Shown here one piece after another: positions 1 to 9,611 of a stretch of DNA of 64,000 bases. The notes beneath the pieces were generated by a model. That model saw only the letters and a list, made by a program, of their open reading frames with translations. It did no database searches and was not told the origin of the DNA. Source of the DNA: Elusimicrobiota bacterium. GTDB lineage: Bacteria > Elusimicrobiota > Elusimicrobia > F11. Where the stretch lies: positions 542,517 to 606,516 of the forward strand of contig JBGAON010000003.1 in the NCBI GenBank assembly GCA_044221725.1, read 5' to 3'. A program made the position numbers and the translations under genes. Position 1 is the first letter of the stretch. The number at the start of each line of letters is the position of its first letter.

Positions 1-790
1 CACGATTCTCTCCCTCCAAGAAAAGAAAAAGAAAAAAATCCCTATAGTCGCGCTGACTTGTTACGACGCAGCTTCCGCGCGTCTCATCGATCAAATGGGC
101 GTGGACGTTGCGCTCGTTGGTGATTCGCTGGCCAACACACGGCTGGGTTATCCGAACACGCTGCCGGTCTCCATCGATGAAATGGTCCATCACACAAAAG
201 CAGCAGCGCGCGGCGTGCAGCATTCTTTTCTTGTGGCCGATATGCCGTTTCAATCGTACGAAGCTGCGCCCTGGCAAGCATCGGTGGCGGCCGGACGTTT
301 CATAAAAGAGGGCGGGGCGCAAGCCGTGAAAGTCGAAGGCGGGCAACGTGTGGGGCCCTCGATCGAAGCGATTCTCCGCGCCAATATCCCTGTTATGGGG
401 CATCTTGGACTCACGCCCCAATCGGTGCACCCCCAAAGTGGGTATCGGGTACAGGGCCGGGGCGCCCGGGAAGCCGCTAATATAATAGGAGCTGCGAAAT
501 ATCTGGAGAAAATCGGGGTTTTCGCGCTCGTTTTAGAAGGAATTCCCGCGGAATTGGGTCGAAAAATAACCAAAATCCTTAAGATTCCCACCATCGGGAT
601 TGGGGCCGGTTCCGATTGTGATGGGCAGATTCTTGTTTTTGATGATGTGGTGGGACTTTCAGAGGGTCCGGGTCCGAAGTTCGTGAAGGCCTATGGCAAC
701 GCGCGCGCGGTCATGCGCCGTGCAATAAAACACTACGCGGACGATGTTCGCGAGAAGCGCTTCCCCACCGACCGGCACTCTTACCATTGA
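1..790 (+). CDS. panB: 3-methyl-2-oxobutanoate hydroxymethyltransferase (5' end outside window)
   Basis: Frame is open from base 2 (TILSLQEK...LTCYDA). Motifs LVGDSL, VADMPF, VKVEGG, GHLGLTPQS, IGIGAG..DGQILV. Followed by panC. Confidence 0.97.
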   Translation, partial: TILSLQEKKKKKIPIVALTCYDAASARLIDQMGVDVALVGDSLANTRLGYPNTLPVSIDEMVHHTKAAARGVQHSFLVADMPFQSYEAAPWQASVAAGRFIKEGGAQAVKVEGGQRVGPSIEAILRANIPVMGHLGLTPQSVHPQSGYRVQGRGAREAANIIGAAKYLEKIGVFALVLEGIPAELGRKITKILKIPTIGIGAGSDCDGQILVFDDVVGLSEGPGPKFVKAYGNARAVMRRAIKHYADDVREKRFPTDRHSYH

Positions 791-1638
791 AAATTATCCA
801 TTCCATTGAGGGATTTCGCCGCTGGCGAAATTTGGTTTCCTCTCGCCGATCGGTTGGCTTTGTTCCAACCATGGGCGCGCTCCACGCGGCGCATCTGTCG
901 CTCGTGAAAAGATCGAAACGAGAAAACGACTTCACGGTGGTTTCGATCTTTGTGAATCCCACGCAGTTCGGTCCCAAAGAAGATTTCTCAAAATATCCGC
1001 GTCCATTCCAAGCCGACAAGAAGATGTTGACGCGTTTGGGCATCGACGTGTTGTTCCATCCAACGCCGCACGAGATGTACCCAAACGGAAACTCCACGCG
1101 CGTGCGCGTGAGCAACCTGACGGATACGTTGTGCGGTTCGCCAACATCGCGCGGTCCGGAACATTTTGTTGGCGTGGCCACCGTGGTCGCAAAGCTGTTC
1201 AATATTGTTCGTCCCACGAGAGCGTATTTCGGAATGAAAGACTTTCAGCAGGTGCGTGTCATTGAACAAATGAACGAGGACTTGGACCTTGGCGTGAGGA
1301 TTGTGCGCTGTCCCACAATGCGAGAGCCCGACGGACTCGCAATGTCGAGCCGCAATTTGTACTTGTCGGTGAGCGAACGCGCGCAGGCGCCGCGGCTTTA
1401 CCGTGCTTTACAGCTGGGGGCAAAACTCTTAACATCCCGCGCTAGAATGGGCCCTCGAGCGGTGGTTACCAAGCTCCACGAACTTCTGTCAGCCCCCCCA
1501 GCGTTCCGCATTGATTACATTGAGTTGGTCGATGCAGGCACTTTGACGAGGTTGACCTCCGTCAAACGTCCGGCCGTTTTAGCGGCAGCGGTTTTTTTGG
1601 GGCTCACAAGACTTATCGATAATATAGTGATCGAATGA
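787..1638 (+). CDS. panC: Pantoate--beta-alanine ligase
   Basis: GFVPTMGALH, SIFVNPTQF, FGMKDFQQ, GLAMSSRN, RLIDN motifs. Confidence 0.97.
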   Translation: MKIIHSIEGFRRWRNLVSSRRSVGFVPTMGALHAAHLSLVKRSKRENDFTVVSIFVNPTQFGPKEDFSKYPRPFQADKKMLTRLGIDVLFHPTPHEMYPNGNSTRVRVSNLTDTLCGSPTSRGPEHFVGVATVVAKLFNIVRPTRAYFGMKDFQQVRVIEQMNEDLDLGVRIVRCPTMREPDGLAMSSRNLYLSVSERAQAPRLYRALQLGAKLLTSRARMGPRAVVTKLHELLSAPPAFRIDYIELVDAGTLTRLTSVKRPAVLAAAVFLGLTRLIDNIVIE

Positions 1639-2177
1639 TGCGTAAAAAATTTCTTGTTAAACCTTCGCTTCAGCTGAAGCATCTCATGCTCACGCTGGTG
1701 GTTGTGTTGATTTCCTTTGTGGCGTGTTACCTTCTTTTTGAGCGACAGGTTGCGTTGGCCGTGGCGGATTCCGCTTTGGATTCGGCGAGCTGGCTTGTGT
1801 TGCGATCAAGTCTTCGTGTCGGGTTCGCGTGCACGTTGGTTCTTCTGCTGGCCGGCATTGGCCTCGAAAACTATTTTTTCTTTCATACAATTGCGGGACC
1901 CATTTACGCACTTGAAAAGGGCCTGAAGCGCTTGGCGAGCGGTGATTTCCAAGACGTCACGCGTATTCGCGAAACGGATCAATTGAGCGAAGTCATTGAA
2001 GCCTTTGAAGAAATGAAAAAACAAATTTTGCTGCGCATTGAATCCCATGAAAAGACCGCCCAGCTTCTCGCACAGGAATTGGACCGGTTGTTGGTCAACA
2101 CGTCCGCCGAAAATATCGAAACACTGCGCAAACGCCTCAAAGAAATCCGGATAAACGTCGAGAACAAAGCAGCATGA
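1635..2177 (+). CDS. Two-TM membrane protein with HAMP domain
   Basis: Two hydrophobic segments followed by HAMP-like IAGPIYALEKGLKRLASGDF...D.L.EV..AF..M. Confidence 0.75.
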   Translation: MMRKKFLVKPSLQLKHLMLTLVVVLISFVACYLLFERQVALAVADSALDSASWLVLRSSLRVGFACTLVLLLAGIGLENYFFFHTIAGPIYALEKGLKRLASGDFQDVTRIRETDQLSEVIEAFEEMKKQILLRIESHEKTAQLLAQELDRLLVNTSAENIETLRKRLKEIRINVENKAA

Positions 2178-2190
2178 CGTTTTCACGCCC

Positions 2191-4032
2191 ATGATGCGAA
2201 CCTCATTTGTTTCTGAGGTGACCGACCTCCATATTGGCAACCCCGTAACGCTCACCGGCTGGGTGCATTCGCGCCGCGACCACGGCGGGGTTTTGTTTAT
2301 TGATTTGCGTGACCGATCCGGTCTTATTCAGATTGTTTTTAATCCGGAGCCCGCCGCGCTTTTTGCGAAAGCCGAAGAGCTTCGAAGTGAATTCGTGATC
2401 CAAGTGCAGGGCAATGTTCGGCAGCGTCCCGAAGGAACACGCAATCCTAACATGGCAACCGGAAACATTGAGGTTCTTGCCGCCGAGCTTGTGATATTTA
2501 ATCGCGCCAAGACGCCGCCATTCGAAATTTCCGAACACAACGAATCATCCGAAGACGTGCGGCTGAAATACCGTTATTTGGATTTGCGGAGGCCTTCGTT
2601 GCAACGAAACATGCGGCTGCGCCACGAGATTAGCAACACCGTAAGAAGCTTTTTGCATGACCACAGCTTTTACGAGATCGAAACGCCGATGCTTACGCGT
2701 TCGACGCCCGAAGGCGCACGCGACTTCCTGGTTCCGTCTCGATTATCGCCCGGTTCGTTCTACGCCTTGCCGCAGTCTCCGCAACTTTTCAAGCAGGTTC
2801 TTATGGTGAGCGGTTTTGATCGGTATTACCAGATTGCTCGTTGTTTCAGAGACGAGGACCTGCGCGCGGATCGCCAACCCGAATTTACGCAGATCGATCT
2901 TGAAATGTCGTTTGTGGACGAAGCCGACATTATGTCGCTCATTGAGAAACTGGTGGCGTTGTGTTTCAAGCAGGCGCTCAATGTCGACGTTCCGCTTCCG
3001 TTGCCGAAGATGTCGTACGCCGATGCGAGGCGACGTTTTGGTTCCGACAAACCAGATTTAAGAGTTCCTACCGAAATCCTCGAGCTGACGTCGATTTTTG
3101 CCAACACCGCTTTTGAACGGATTAAGAACAACGTTAAGGCGGGTGGCGCCGTGAAGGGGCTCTTGCACAAAGGCGGCGCTTCGTTCTCGCGCAAAGAAAT
3201 TGATGATCTCACGAAGTTCGCGCAATCGGTTGGTGCGCAGGGGTTGGCGTGGGTGAAGGTCCAGCCGAACGGAGAAATTGAATCGCCGATCGCGAAATTT
3301 TTATCTGCTGAGGAGAAAGCCGCAATTCCGGCCGCTGCCAAAGCAACGAACGGAGACATCGTGTTCCTCGTATCTGATAAGGTGAAGAACGCCGAGACAA
3401 TTTTGGGTGCGTTGCGCTTGCACCTGTGGCACAACTTCGTGATCAAAGGCAATCCACCGTCGTTAAAAGAGCGTACCGAAATGCTGTGGGTGACCGATTT
3501 TCCTCTTTTTGAATGGAGCGAGGAAGATAAGCGTTGGCAGAGCGTGCACCATCCGTTCACAACACCGCGGCCCGAAGATATCGAAGCGCTGGCGAAACTT
3601 GATGCGCACGCCGAAGTGCAAAATCCGAATTCGGTGCTCGGAACATTCCGCGCCCGTGCGTACGATTTGGTTTTGAACGGAACCGAGCTTGGTGGCGGTA
3701 GCATTCGTATTCATAACGCGGACATCCAGCGAATCATTCTCTCGTTGTTGGGTCTGAGCGCCGCTGAAATGCAGGACAAATTTGGATTCTTGCTGGACGC
3801 GCTTGAATCGGGTGCGCCGCCGCACGGTGGTATCGCGTTAGGGCTGGACCGTTTGATCGCGTTGCTTGTCGGCGAAGATTCCATTCGCGACGTGATTGCT
3901 TTTCCGAAAACAGCGAAAGGAACGTGTCTGGTCAGCGGCGCCCCCGGCATTCCCGATGCGAAACAACTGAAAGAACTCAACATCCACGTTTCCATTCCCA
4001 AACCTGTCGGAACGGCAACTCAAAAAGTTTAA
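2191..4032 (+). CDS. aspS: Aspartate--tRNA(Asp/Asn) ligase, probably non-discriminating
   Basis: RRDHGG, RYLDLRR, PQSPQLFKQ, FRDEDLRADRQPEFTQID, GAPPHGG. His in RRDHGG and Gly in RPEG are typical of ND-AspRS. Confidence 0.97.
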   Translation: MMRTSFVSEVTDLHIGNPVTLTGWVHSRRDHGGVLFIDLRDRSGLIQIVFNPEPAALFAKAEELRSEFVIQVQGNVRQRPEGTRNPNMATGNIEVLAAELVIFNRAKTPPFEISEHNESSEDVRLKYRYLDLRRPSLQRNMRLRHEISNTVRSFLHDHSFYEIETPMLTRSTPEGARDFLVPSRLSPGSFYALPQSPQLFKQVLMVSGFDRYYQIARCFRDEDLRADRQPEFTQIDLEMSFVDEADIMSLIEKLVALCFKQALNVDVPLPLPKMSYADARRRFGSDKPDLRVPTEILELTSIFANTAFERIKNNVKAGGAVKGLLHKGGASFSRKEIDDLTKFAQSVGAQGLAWVKVQPNGEIESPIAKFLSAEEKAAIPAAAKATNGDIVFLVSDKVKNAETILGALRLHLWHNFVIKGNPPSLKERTEMLWVTDFPLFEWSEEDKRWQSVHHPFTTPRPEDIEALAKLDAHAEVQNPNSVLGTFRARAYDLVLNGTELGGGSIRIHNADIQRIILSLLGLSAAEMQDKFGFLLDALESGAPPHGGIALGLDRLIALLVGEDSIRDVIAFPKTAKGTCLVSGAPGIPDAKQLKELNIHVSIPKPVGTATQKV

Positions 4033-4994
4033 TGGCCACAAAACGGCTGCATCTTAAAAACCAAGAAGAAGCGCTCACCTTATTCGGACAAAACGACCAG
4101 TACCTGCGGGAGCTTGAACGCCGGTTTCACGTGCAATTTTTTATTCGTCCTTCTTCTCTTCCGTCGGGAGAAGGTTTAACTCTCGCCATGCGCGGTCGTG
4201 CTCCGGACATCGACAAGGTGATGACCGCGCTCGAGACGCGCCGGCTCACACCGGGAATGCCCGTCACCACGACAGAATCTTTGCAAGTGAGCTCCACGCA
4301 AGCCTCGCCACGCGACATTATTGTTCGTACGGTTTCGGGCGGCGCCATTTGCCCGCGAACCAATAATCAACGCGAGTACATTCGCGCCATGCGCGACAAC
4401 GATATGGTGCTGGGGCTTGGTCCCGCTGGAACTGGAAAAACATTCCTCGCTGTCGCGTACGCCGTTTCAGAACTTCAGGCCGGACGAGTGAATCGAATTG
4501 TTTTGACCCGGCCGGTCGTGGAAGCCGGCGAGAAATTGGGTTTTCTTCCGGGCGACTTCTACGAGAAAGTTCACCCGTATTTGCGTCCCCTCTACGACGC
4601 CTTTTTCACGATCATGGGGCCTGACCGTTTTCGACTGCTAAAAGAAGACGAAGTGATCGAAATTGTACCGCTCGCTTACATGCGCGGACGAACGTTGGAC
4701 GATGCGTTAATCATTCTCGACGAAGCGCAGAACACAACGCCCGAGCAAATGAAGATGTTTCTTACGCGCATGGGCCTTCATTCGAAAGTAATTATCAATG
4801 GCGACCTAACGCAGATCGATCTTGAAAACAAAAAGCGGTCCGGTCTTTTGAAAATTGAACGAATCTTGCATGGAATCGAGGGTATCGGCTTTATTCGTTT
4901 TACCGGCGAAGATGTGGTGCGCCACACGCTCGTGCAAAAAATAATTCAAGCCTACGACGCGTTTGAGAAGTCGGAAAGCGCCAGCGGACAGTGA
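4032..4994 (+). CDS. phoH: PhoH-like ATPase
   Basis: ATG at 4032 overlaps the aspS stop. GPAGTGKT, RPVVEAGEKLGFLPGD, AYMRGRTL, DEAQN. Confidence 0.93.
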   Translation: MATKRLHLKNQEEALTLFGQNDQYLRELERRFHVQFFIRPSSLPSGEGLTLAMRGRAPDIDKVMTALETRRLTPGMPVTTTESLQVSSTQASPRDIIVRTVSGGAICPRTNNQREYIRAMRDNDMVLGLGPAGTGKTFLAVAYAVSELQAGRVNRIVLTRPVVEAGEKLGFLPGDFYEKVHPYLRPLYDAFFTIMGPDRFRLLKEDEVIEIVPLAYMRGRTLDDALIILDEAQNTTPEQMKMFLTRMGLHSKVIINGDLTQIDLENKKRSGLLKIERILHGIEGIGFIRFTGEDVVRHTLVQKIIQAYDAFEKSESASGQ

Positions 4995-6511
4995 ACAAAC
5001 GATCGTTTATTGAAGCCGTGCGACGCGTGCTTCTTGGATGGTTGGACCGACTCGACCGCATGCAAACGGTTTCCGCGCGCGCCGAAGCCGGTCGTTGGTA
5101 CCAACGCGAATTCCACGTTCCCCCGATTGTTATTGGCGTCGGATCGGCGCTGCTTCTTTACGGTGTTCTTCTCTTAAATGCAAATCTTTCACCGGCACAG
5201 GGCGTGGTGCTCGGTCTTTTCATTGTGATCGTGATGACGTTGTTCGCGGTTTACCTTCACCGCGACCAGGCCGATCTCGTAAAAAACGACGACGCAATGG
5301 GGCTTCTTGCGGTTATTTTCTTTACGACACTTATTTGGATCAAGGTCTCGATGGCCTTGTCGATCAAGTTTCAATGGATTTCAGTTTACGCCGCGCCGAT
5401 TACGATGGCGCCTCTTCTCACCGCGCTTCTGCTCAATCCCCGGGTCGCGATGGTGATCGGATTCGCGGTTGCGCTCTTCTTCGGCATCGTGAACAATTTC
5501 TCGCTTCCGCCAGCGATGGTGGTGGCGCTTGGCAGTGCGACCGCCGTGGCGGCGGGTGCGAACGCTCGGACGACAAATCAGGTTGCGCAAGCGGGGCTTG
5601 TTGTGGGCGCGGTCCAAGCGCTTGTTTTGTTTTTTCTGGGCGTGATTCTCGATTGGACAAAATCCGAAATGGGCGTTCATATGGGCTGGGCCTTTGGAAG
5701 TGGGTTTCTTGCGGCCATTTTTTCGTTGGGGGTGCGCCCGTATCTTGAGAGTTTCTTTTCGCGTCTTTCCAATTTAAGTCTTCTCGAGCTCGCCGGTGTG
5801 AATCATCCGCTCTTGAAAACCATGAGCATGGAGGCCCCCGGAACCTATCATCATTCGTTGGTTGTCGCCTCGCTTGCTGAAGACGCGGCGAACGGCATTG
5901 GTGCGAACGGATTGTTGTGTCGCGTGGGAGCACTTTTTCATGACATTGGAAAAATGGTGAAAGCGGAATATTTCATTGAGAATCAAGGAACGTTTGGTAA
6001 TCCGCATGACCAAGTGAGTCCGTCGCTTTCGAAATTGATTATTACGTCCCATGTGAAAGAAGGGCTCGCGCTTGCGAAAGCGAACAAGCTCGATCCGCGT
6101 ATCATGGATTTTATTCCGCAGCATCACGGAACATCTCAAATCGAATACTTTTACCGCAAAGCGCTTAAGTTAGAGGAAAGCGAAGAAGACATTAACAAAG
6201 AAGATATTCCGGAAGAGTCGTACCGCTATCCAGGGCCAAAGCCGCAAACCAAAGAAGCGGGCATCGTGATGCTGGCCGATTCCGTCGAAGCATCAAGCCG
6301 CACCGTGGAAGGGCCCAACCATCAGCGTTACAAAGATCTCGTGAACAAGATCATTCAAAAGAAATTATTCGATGGCCAGCTGGACGAAACCCCGCTCACG
6401 ATTCAAGATTTGCGCACGATTGCCGAACGCTTTACAAACACGCTTCTATCGGTCCATCACGCGCGTATTCCTTACCCCGAATCCAGTTCCGATATTGCCA
6501 CGCTGTTGTGA
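4991..6511 (+). CDS. Membrane HDIG-domain phosphohydrolase (PgpH-like cyclic dinucleotide phosphodiesterase family)
   Basis: Multiple TM segments, then APGTYHHS, FHDIGK, QHHGT, YRYPGPKP, MLADSVEA. Conserved phoH-HD-ybeY order. Confidence 0.9.
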   Translation: MNKRSFIEAVRRVLLGWLDRLDRMQTVSARAEAGRWYQREFHVPPIVIGVGSALLLYGVLLLNANLSPAQGVVLGLFIVIVMTLFAVYLHRDQADLVKNDDAMGLLAVIFFTTLIWIKVSMALSIKFQWISVYAAPITMAPLLTALLLNPRVAMVIGFAVALFFGIVNNFSLPPAMVVALGSATAVAAGANARTTNQVAQAGLVVGAVQALVLFFLGVILDWTKSEMGVHMGWAFGSGFLAAIFSLGVRPYLESFFSRLSNLSLLELAGVNHPLLKTMSMEAPGTYHHSLVVASLAEDAANGIGANGLLCRVGALFHDIGKMVKAEYFIENQGTFGNPHDQVSPSLSKLIITSHVKEGLALAKANKLDPRIMDFIPQHHGTSQIEYFYRKALKLEESEEDINKEDIPEESYRYPGPKPQTKEAGIVMLADSVEASSRTVEGPNHQRYKDLVNKIIQKKLFDGQLDETPLTIQDLRTIAERFTNTLLSVHHARIPYPESSSDIATLL

Positions 6512-6942
6512 CGGTCCGCGCACATCTGTCGAAAGGCGTTGTTCTGCCGCGCCCCTTTGTTAATTCTTTCCGCGTTCGGAAAATTGTGGCGACGGTTATG
6601 CGTTCCGAGAAAAAAAGGAGATTTGGCGAAATCAACGTTGTTTTCGTTGACCGGGCCACAATTCGGCGAATGAACAAGCAATTTCTTGACACCGCGGGCG
6701 ACACCGACGTTATTGCTTTCCCTTACGAAAACCACTCCGGTGACATTTATATTTGCGGTCCCATCGCCATTCGTAACGCCAAGCATTACAACGAACCGCT
6801 CGGTCGCGAATTGACGCGCCTCGTCGTTCACGGCACGCTCCATTTGCTGGGTTACGCCGACTGGCCCAAAAAAGCTCAGAAGAAAATGTGGGCACGCCAA
6901 GAGCCGTTGGTGGACGCTCTTTGGAGAAACCAATCGTCTTAG
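6508..6942 (+). CDS. ybeY: rRNA maturation endoribonuclease YbeY
   Basis: TDVIAF, GDIYIC, HGTLHLLGY (the third His of the usual H-H-H motif is replaced: GYAD). Confidence 0.88.
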   Translation: MTVRAHLSKGVVLPRPFVNSFRVRKIVATVMRSEKKRRFGEINVVFVDRATIRRMNKQFLDTAGDTDVIAFPYENHSGDIYICGPIAIRNAKHYNEPLGRELTRLVVHGTLHLLGYADWPKKAQKKMWARQEPLVDALWRNQSS

Positions 6943-6961
6943 CGGCCCCAAATCGCCGTCC

Positions 6962-7002
6962 TTGCATATGAAATAAAATATGATGTATATTTCATATGAA
7001 AT
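6962..7002 (+). promoter_or_regulatory. Promoter/operator of the Xre-RES TA operon
   Basis: Inverted repeat CATATGAAATA-N12-TATTTCATATG (6965-6998) plus perfect palindrome ATTTCATATGAAAT (6989-7002), overlapping TTGCAT/TATATT promoter-like hexamers. Confidence 0.65.
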
Positions 7003-7017
7003 TACGTCCCCAGGGGA

Positions 7018-7401
7018 GTGGGTATGCAAGCGGTAAAAGCACTGGATAACGACGGCGTGGTGGCCAAAGCCTTTTACCGGGCGGCCGACGCGCTCGGACT
7101 AAGCCGCCAAGAAATAAAGGATGTTATTGGGCTCAGCGAACCCACGATTTCAAGAAATTTAAATTCCCTCCAAAAAAAGCAGCCGGTGGTTTTTGACGCG
7201 AAGACCGCCGAGTGCGCACTTTTTTTTATCCGAATTTACCGCTCCCTCTTAGCGGTTGTTGGTGGCAACGAAAATAAGGCGCGCAAATGGCTGGAGGCGG
7301 AAAATCGTTATTTCGGTGGAACGCCGAGGCAGCATTTGAAAACGCTAGGAGGGCTCATTGAAGTCGCAAACTATTTGGACGCAATGCGGGGCAAAGTCTA
7401 A
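7018..7401 (+). CDS. Xre/MbcA/ParS-family antitoxin
   Basis: N-terminal HTH (LGLSRQEI..VIGLSEPTISR) and C-terminal A..WL..EN..FGG.P...L...GGL..V..YLDAMRG. Confidence 0.85.
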   Translation: MGMQAVKALDNDGVVAKAFYRAADALGLSRQEIKDVIGLSEPTISRNLNSLQKKQPVVFDAKTAECALFFIRIYRSLLAVVGGNENKARKWLEAENRYFGGTPRQHLKTLGGLIEVANYLDAMRGKV

Positions 7402-8119
7402 CCTTAAGACGCTCGAATGCGATGCGTGCCGCGTCGTGGAATATCCGTACCGGTCCGTTACCCGAAAATTGGTTGACTCGCCGGAGGAACACCAATTGCT
7501 CGAAGACGCTATTGAGGCAATAAAACCTCCTTCAATCGAAGGCGCGGATTTGCATTTCTTATTGTCCACACCATTCCGGTACCCCCCTCTCAAACACGGC
7601 TCTCGTTTCGGGGCAACACAACACAAGGGGATTTGGTACGGATCTCTCGCCGAGCGTACCGCGTTCGCCGAACGTGCTTACTATTTGTTTCGCTTTTTTA
7701 ATGATTCCGAAGCTGAAATCTCAATCGAATCTGAATTCACCTTGTTTTGGACGCGACTTCGTTCGCGCAAAGCGGCCGATTTAACGCGGGAACCATTTCT
7801 CAAATTCAAAGATGAAATCTCAGATAGGGCCAGTTACGAGACGAGCCAGCAACTGGGAGACGAGATGCGCGCAGCGGGTGTTGAATTTGTGAAATTTATT
7901 TCGGCGAGAGATCGTGAACAGGGCATTAACGTCGCCGTCTTTTCCTCGAAATCTTTTGCGTCGACGTCCGTCCGAGACTCCGATTGCACGAATTGGAGTT
8001 GTTTTGCGAACGGGACCCGGGTGGAATTTCGTCGCAAGAGCTTCGTGAAAGATGATGAGCATGTGTTTGATTTTTCAGAGTTCGCTGTGCGCGGCCATTT
8101 GCCCGTTCCAAAAAATTAA
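7358..8119 (+). CDS. RES-domain toxin (NAD+ phosphorylase family)
   Basis: TPFRYPPL.HGSRFG, GIWYGS...TAFAE, F.SARD..G.NVAVF. Overlaps the antitoxin 3' end. Confidence 0.87.
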   Translation: MKSQTIWTQCGAKSNLKTLECDACRVVEYPYRSVTRKLVDSPEEHQLLEDAIEAIKPPSIEGADLHFLLSTPFRYPPLKHGSRFGATQHKGIWYGSLAERTAFAERAYYLFRFFNDSEAEISIESEFTLFWTRLRSRKAADLTREPFLKFKDEISDRASYETSQQLGDEMRAAGVEFVKFISARDREQGINVAVFSSKSFASTSVRDSDCTNWSCFANGTRVEFRRKSFVKDDEHVFDFSEFAVRGHLPVPKN

Positions 8120-8142
8120 ATGAGTTATGCTAAAAACAAGCC

Positions 8143-8730
8143 ATGATGGAATCTGTTGTTAGCGCCGGGCTTGTGCTTCGCCGGGTGCGATATTTGGATT
8201 ACGACTTTAAGCTGACGCTGTTGTTGCGCGACATTGGGAAAGTGGGTGTGGTTTCGAAAGGCGGCCAGAAAATCACGTCCAAAATGAAAGCGGTTCAAGA
8301 ACCGTTTACCGAAGCCGACTTTCATGTGTACGTGCCGGCGCACGGCATTAACGGCCGCTTGGCCGGCGGTCGATTGGTGAACTCGCACCAAAACTTGCGT
8401 CAGCAGCTCGACGTTTTTCAGTTGGCGAGTCGCTGCTGCGAAGTGGTGGAGGCGCTCCTTCCTTACCGAGCGCCAGCGCCCGACGTTTATGATATTCTCC
8501 ACGCGTCCCTCCAGAGGTTCCACGCACCCGAACGTCATTCGACGACACCGCTGCACGAGTGGGTTTTGTTTGTTGTGCGACTGCTCAAGTCGCTGGGTCA
8601 CGGAGATGTTTCAAAACACGCGTTACAATTGTTGACGGACGCGCCGATGGAGAGATGCGTGTCGTTTGTCGAGGCCGAGTTGGAACAAATTTTGCCGCGA
8701 CGTTTAAAATCCGTCGTTGAGGTTCAGTGA
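8143..8730 (+). CDS. recO: DNA repair protein RecO
   Basis: N-terminal OB-fold pattern (GLVLRR..Y.D.D..LT.L....GK....KG..K..SK). Located upstream of glyQS. Confidence 0.8.
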   Translation: MMESVVSAGLVLRRVRYLDYDFKLTLLLRDIGKVGVVSKGGQKITSKMKAVQEPFTEADFHVYVPAHGINGRLAGGRLVNSHQNLRQQLDVFQLASRCCEVVEALLPYRAPAPDVYDILHASLQRFHAPERHSTTPLHEWVLFVVRLLKSLGHGDVSKHALQLLTDAPMERCVSFVEAELEQILPRRLKSVVEVQ

Positions 8731-9611
8731 TGTATTTTCAAGATATCGTTTTCGCACTCGAAAAGTTTTGGGCCAAGCAAGGTTGCTTGGTGTTCCAGCC
8801 GTACGATGTGGAGAAAGGGGCCGGCACATTTAACCCGGCCACGTTTTTGCGTTCGCTCGGACCCGAGCCATGGGCCGCCGCGTACGTGGAGCCGTCCCGT
8901 CGCCCGACCGATGGGCGCTACGGCGAGAACCCCAACCGTTTGCAGCGCTATTATCAGTTCCAAGTTGTGATCAAGCCCGCGCCCTCGAACATTCAAAAAC
9001 TTTACCTCGATTCGTTGGCCGCCATTGGCATCAAAGCGCGCAAGCACGATATCCGATTTGTCGAAGACGATTGGGAATCGCCCACCCTCGGCGCGTGGGG
9101 TCTCGGTTGGGAAGTCTGGTTGGATTCGATGGAGATTACGCAGTTCACGTATTTCCAGCAAATGGGCGGAATCAATTTGTTTCCGATCACCGTTGAAATT
9201 ACCTACGGACTTGAACGTCTTGCGATGTATTCCCAGAAAAAAAATAGCGTGTTCGATGTCGAATGGAAGAAAGGCGTTACCTACGGCGATGTGCATCAAC
9301 AAGACGAGCGCCAATTTTCGAATTTCAATTTCAAATTCTCCGACCCGAAAATGCTGCGCACGCATTTCGCGGATTACGAACGGTTGGCGTTGGATCTTTT
9401 AGATAATGAACTTCCGCTTCCGGCGTACGACGCGGTCATGAAGTGCTCGCATTTATTTAACTTGTTGGATGCGCGCGGTGCCATTTCGGTTTCCGAACGA
9501 ACCGGTTTTATTACGCGCATTCGAAACATGGCGCGTCGGGTGGCCGAGTCGTACATGAAATTTAAATACCCGCAACTCGAAGCGCCGGTAAAGGAAGTCG
9601 TGCGCCGATGA
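8730..9611 (+). CDS. glyQ: Glycine--tRNA ligase alpha subunit
   Basis: [51 protein letters not shown]. Confidence 0.98.
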   Translation: MYFQDIVFALEKFWAKQGCLVFQPYDVEKGAGTFNPATFLRSLGPEPWAAAYVEPSRRPTDGRYGENPNRLQRYYQFQVVIKPAPSNIQKLYLDSLAAIGIKARKHDIRFVEDDWESPTLGAWGLGWEVWLDSMEITQFTYFQQMGGINLFPITVEITYGLERLAMYSQKKNSVFDVEWKKGVTYGDVHQQDERQFSNFNFKFSDPKMLRTHFADYERLALDLLDNELPLPAYDAVMKCSHLFNLLDARGAISVSERTGFITRIRNMARRVAESYMKFKYPQLEAPVKEVVRR

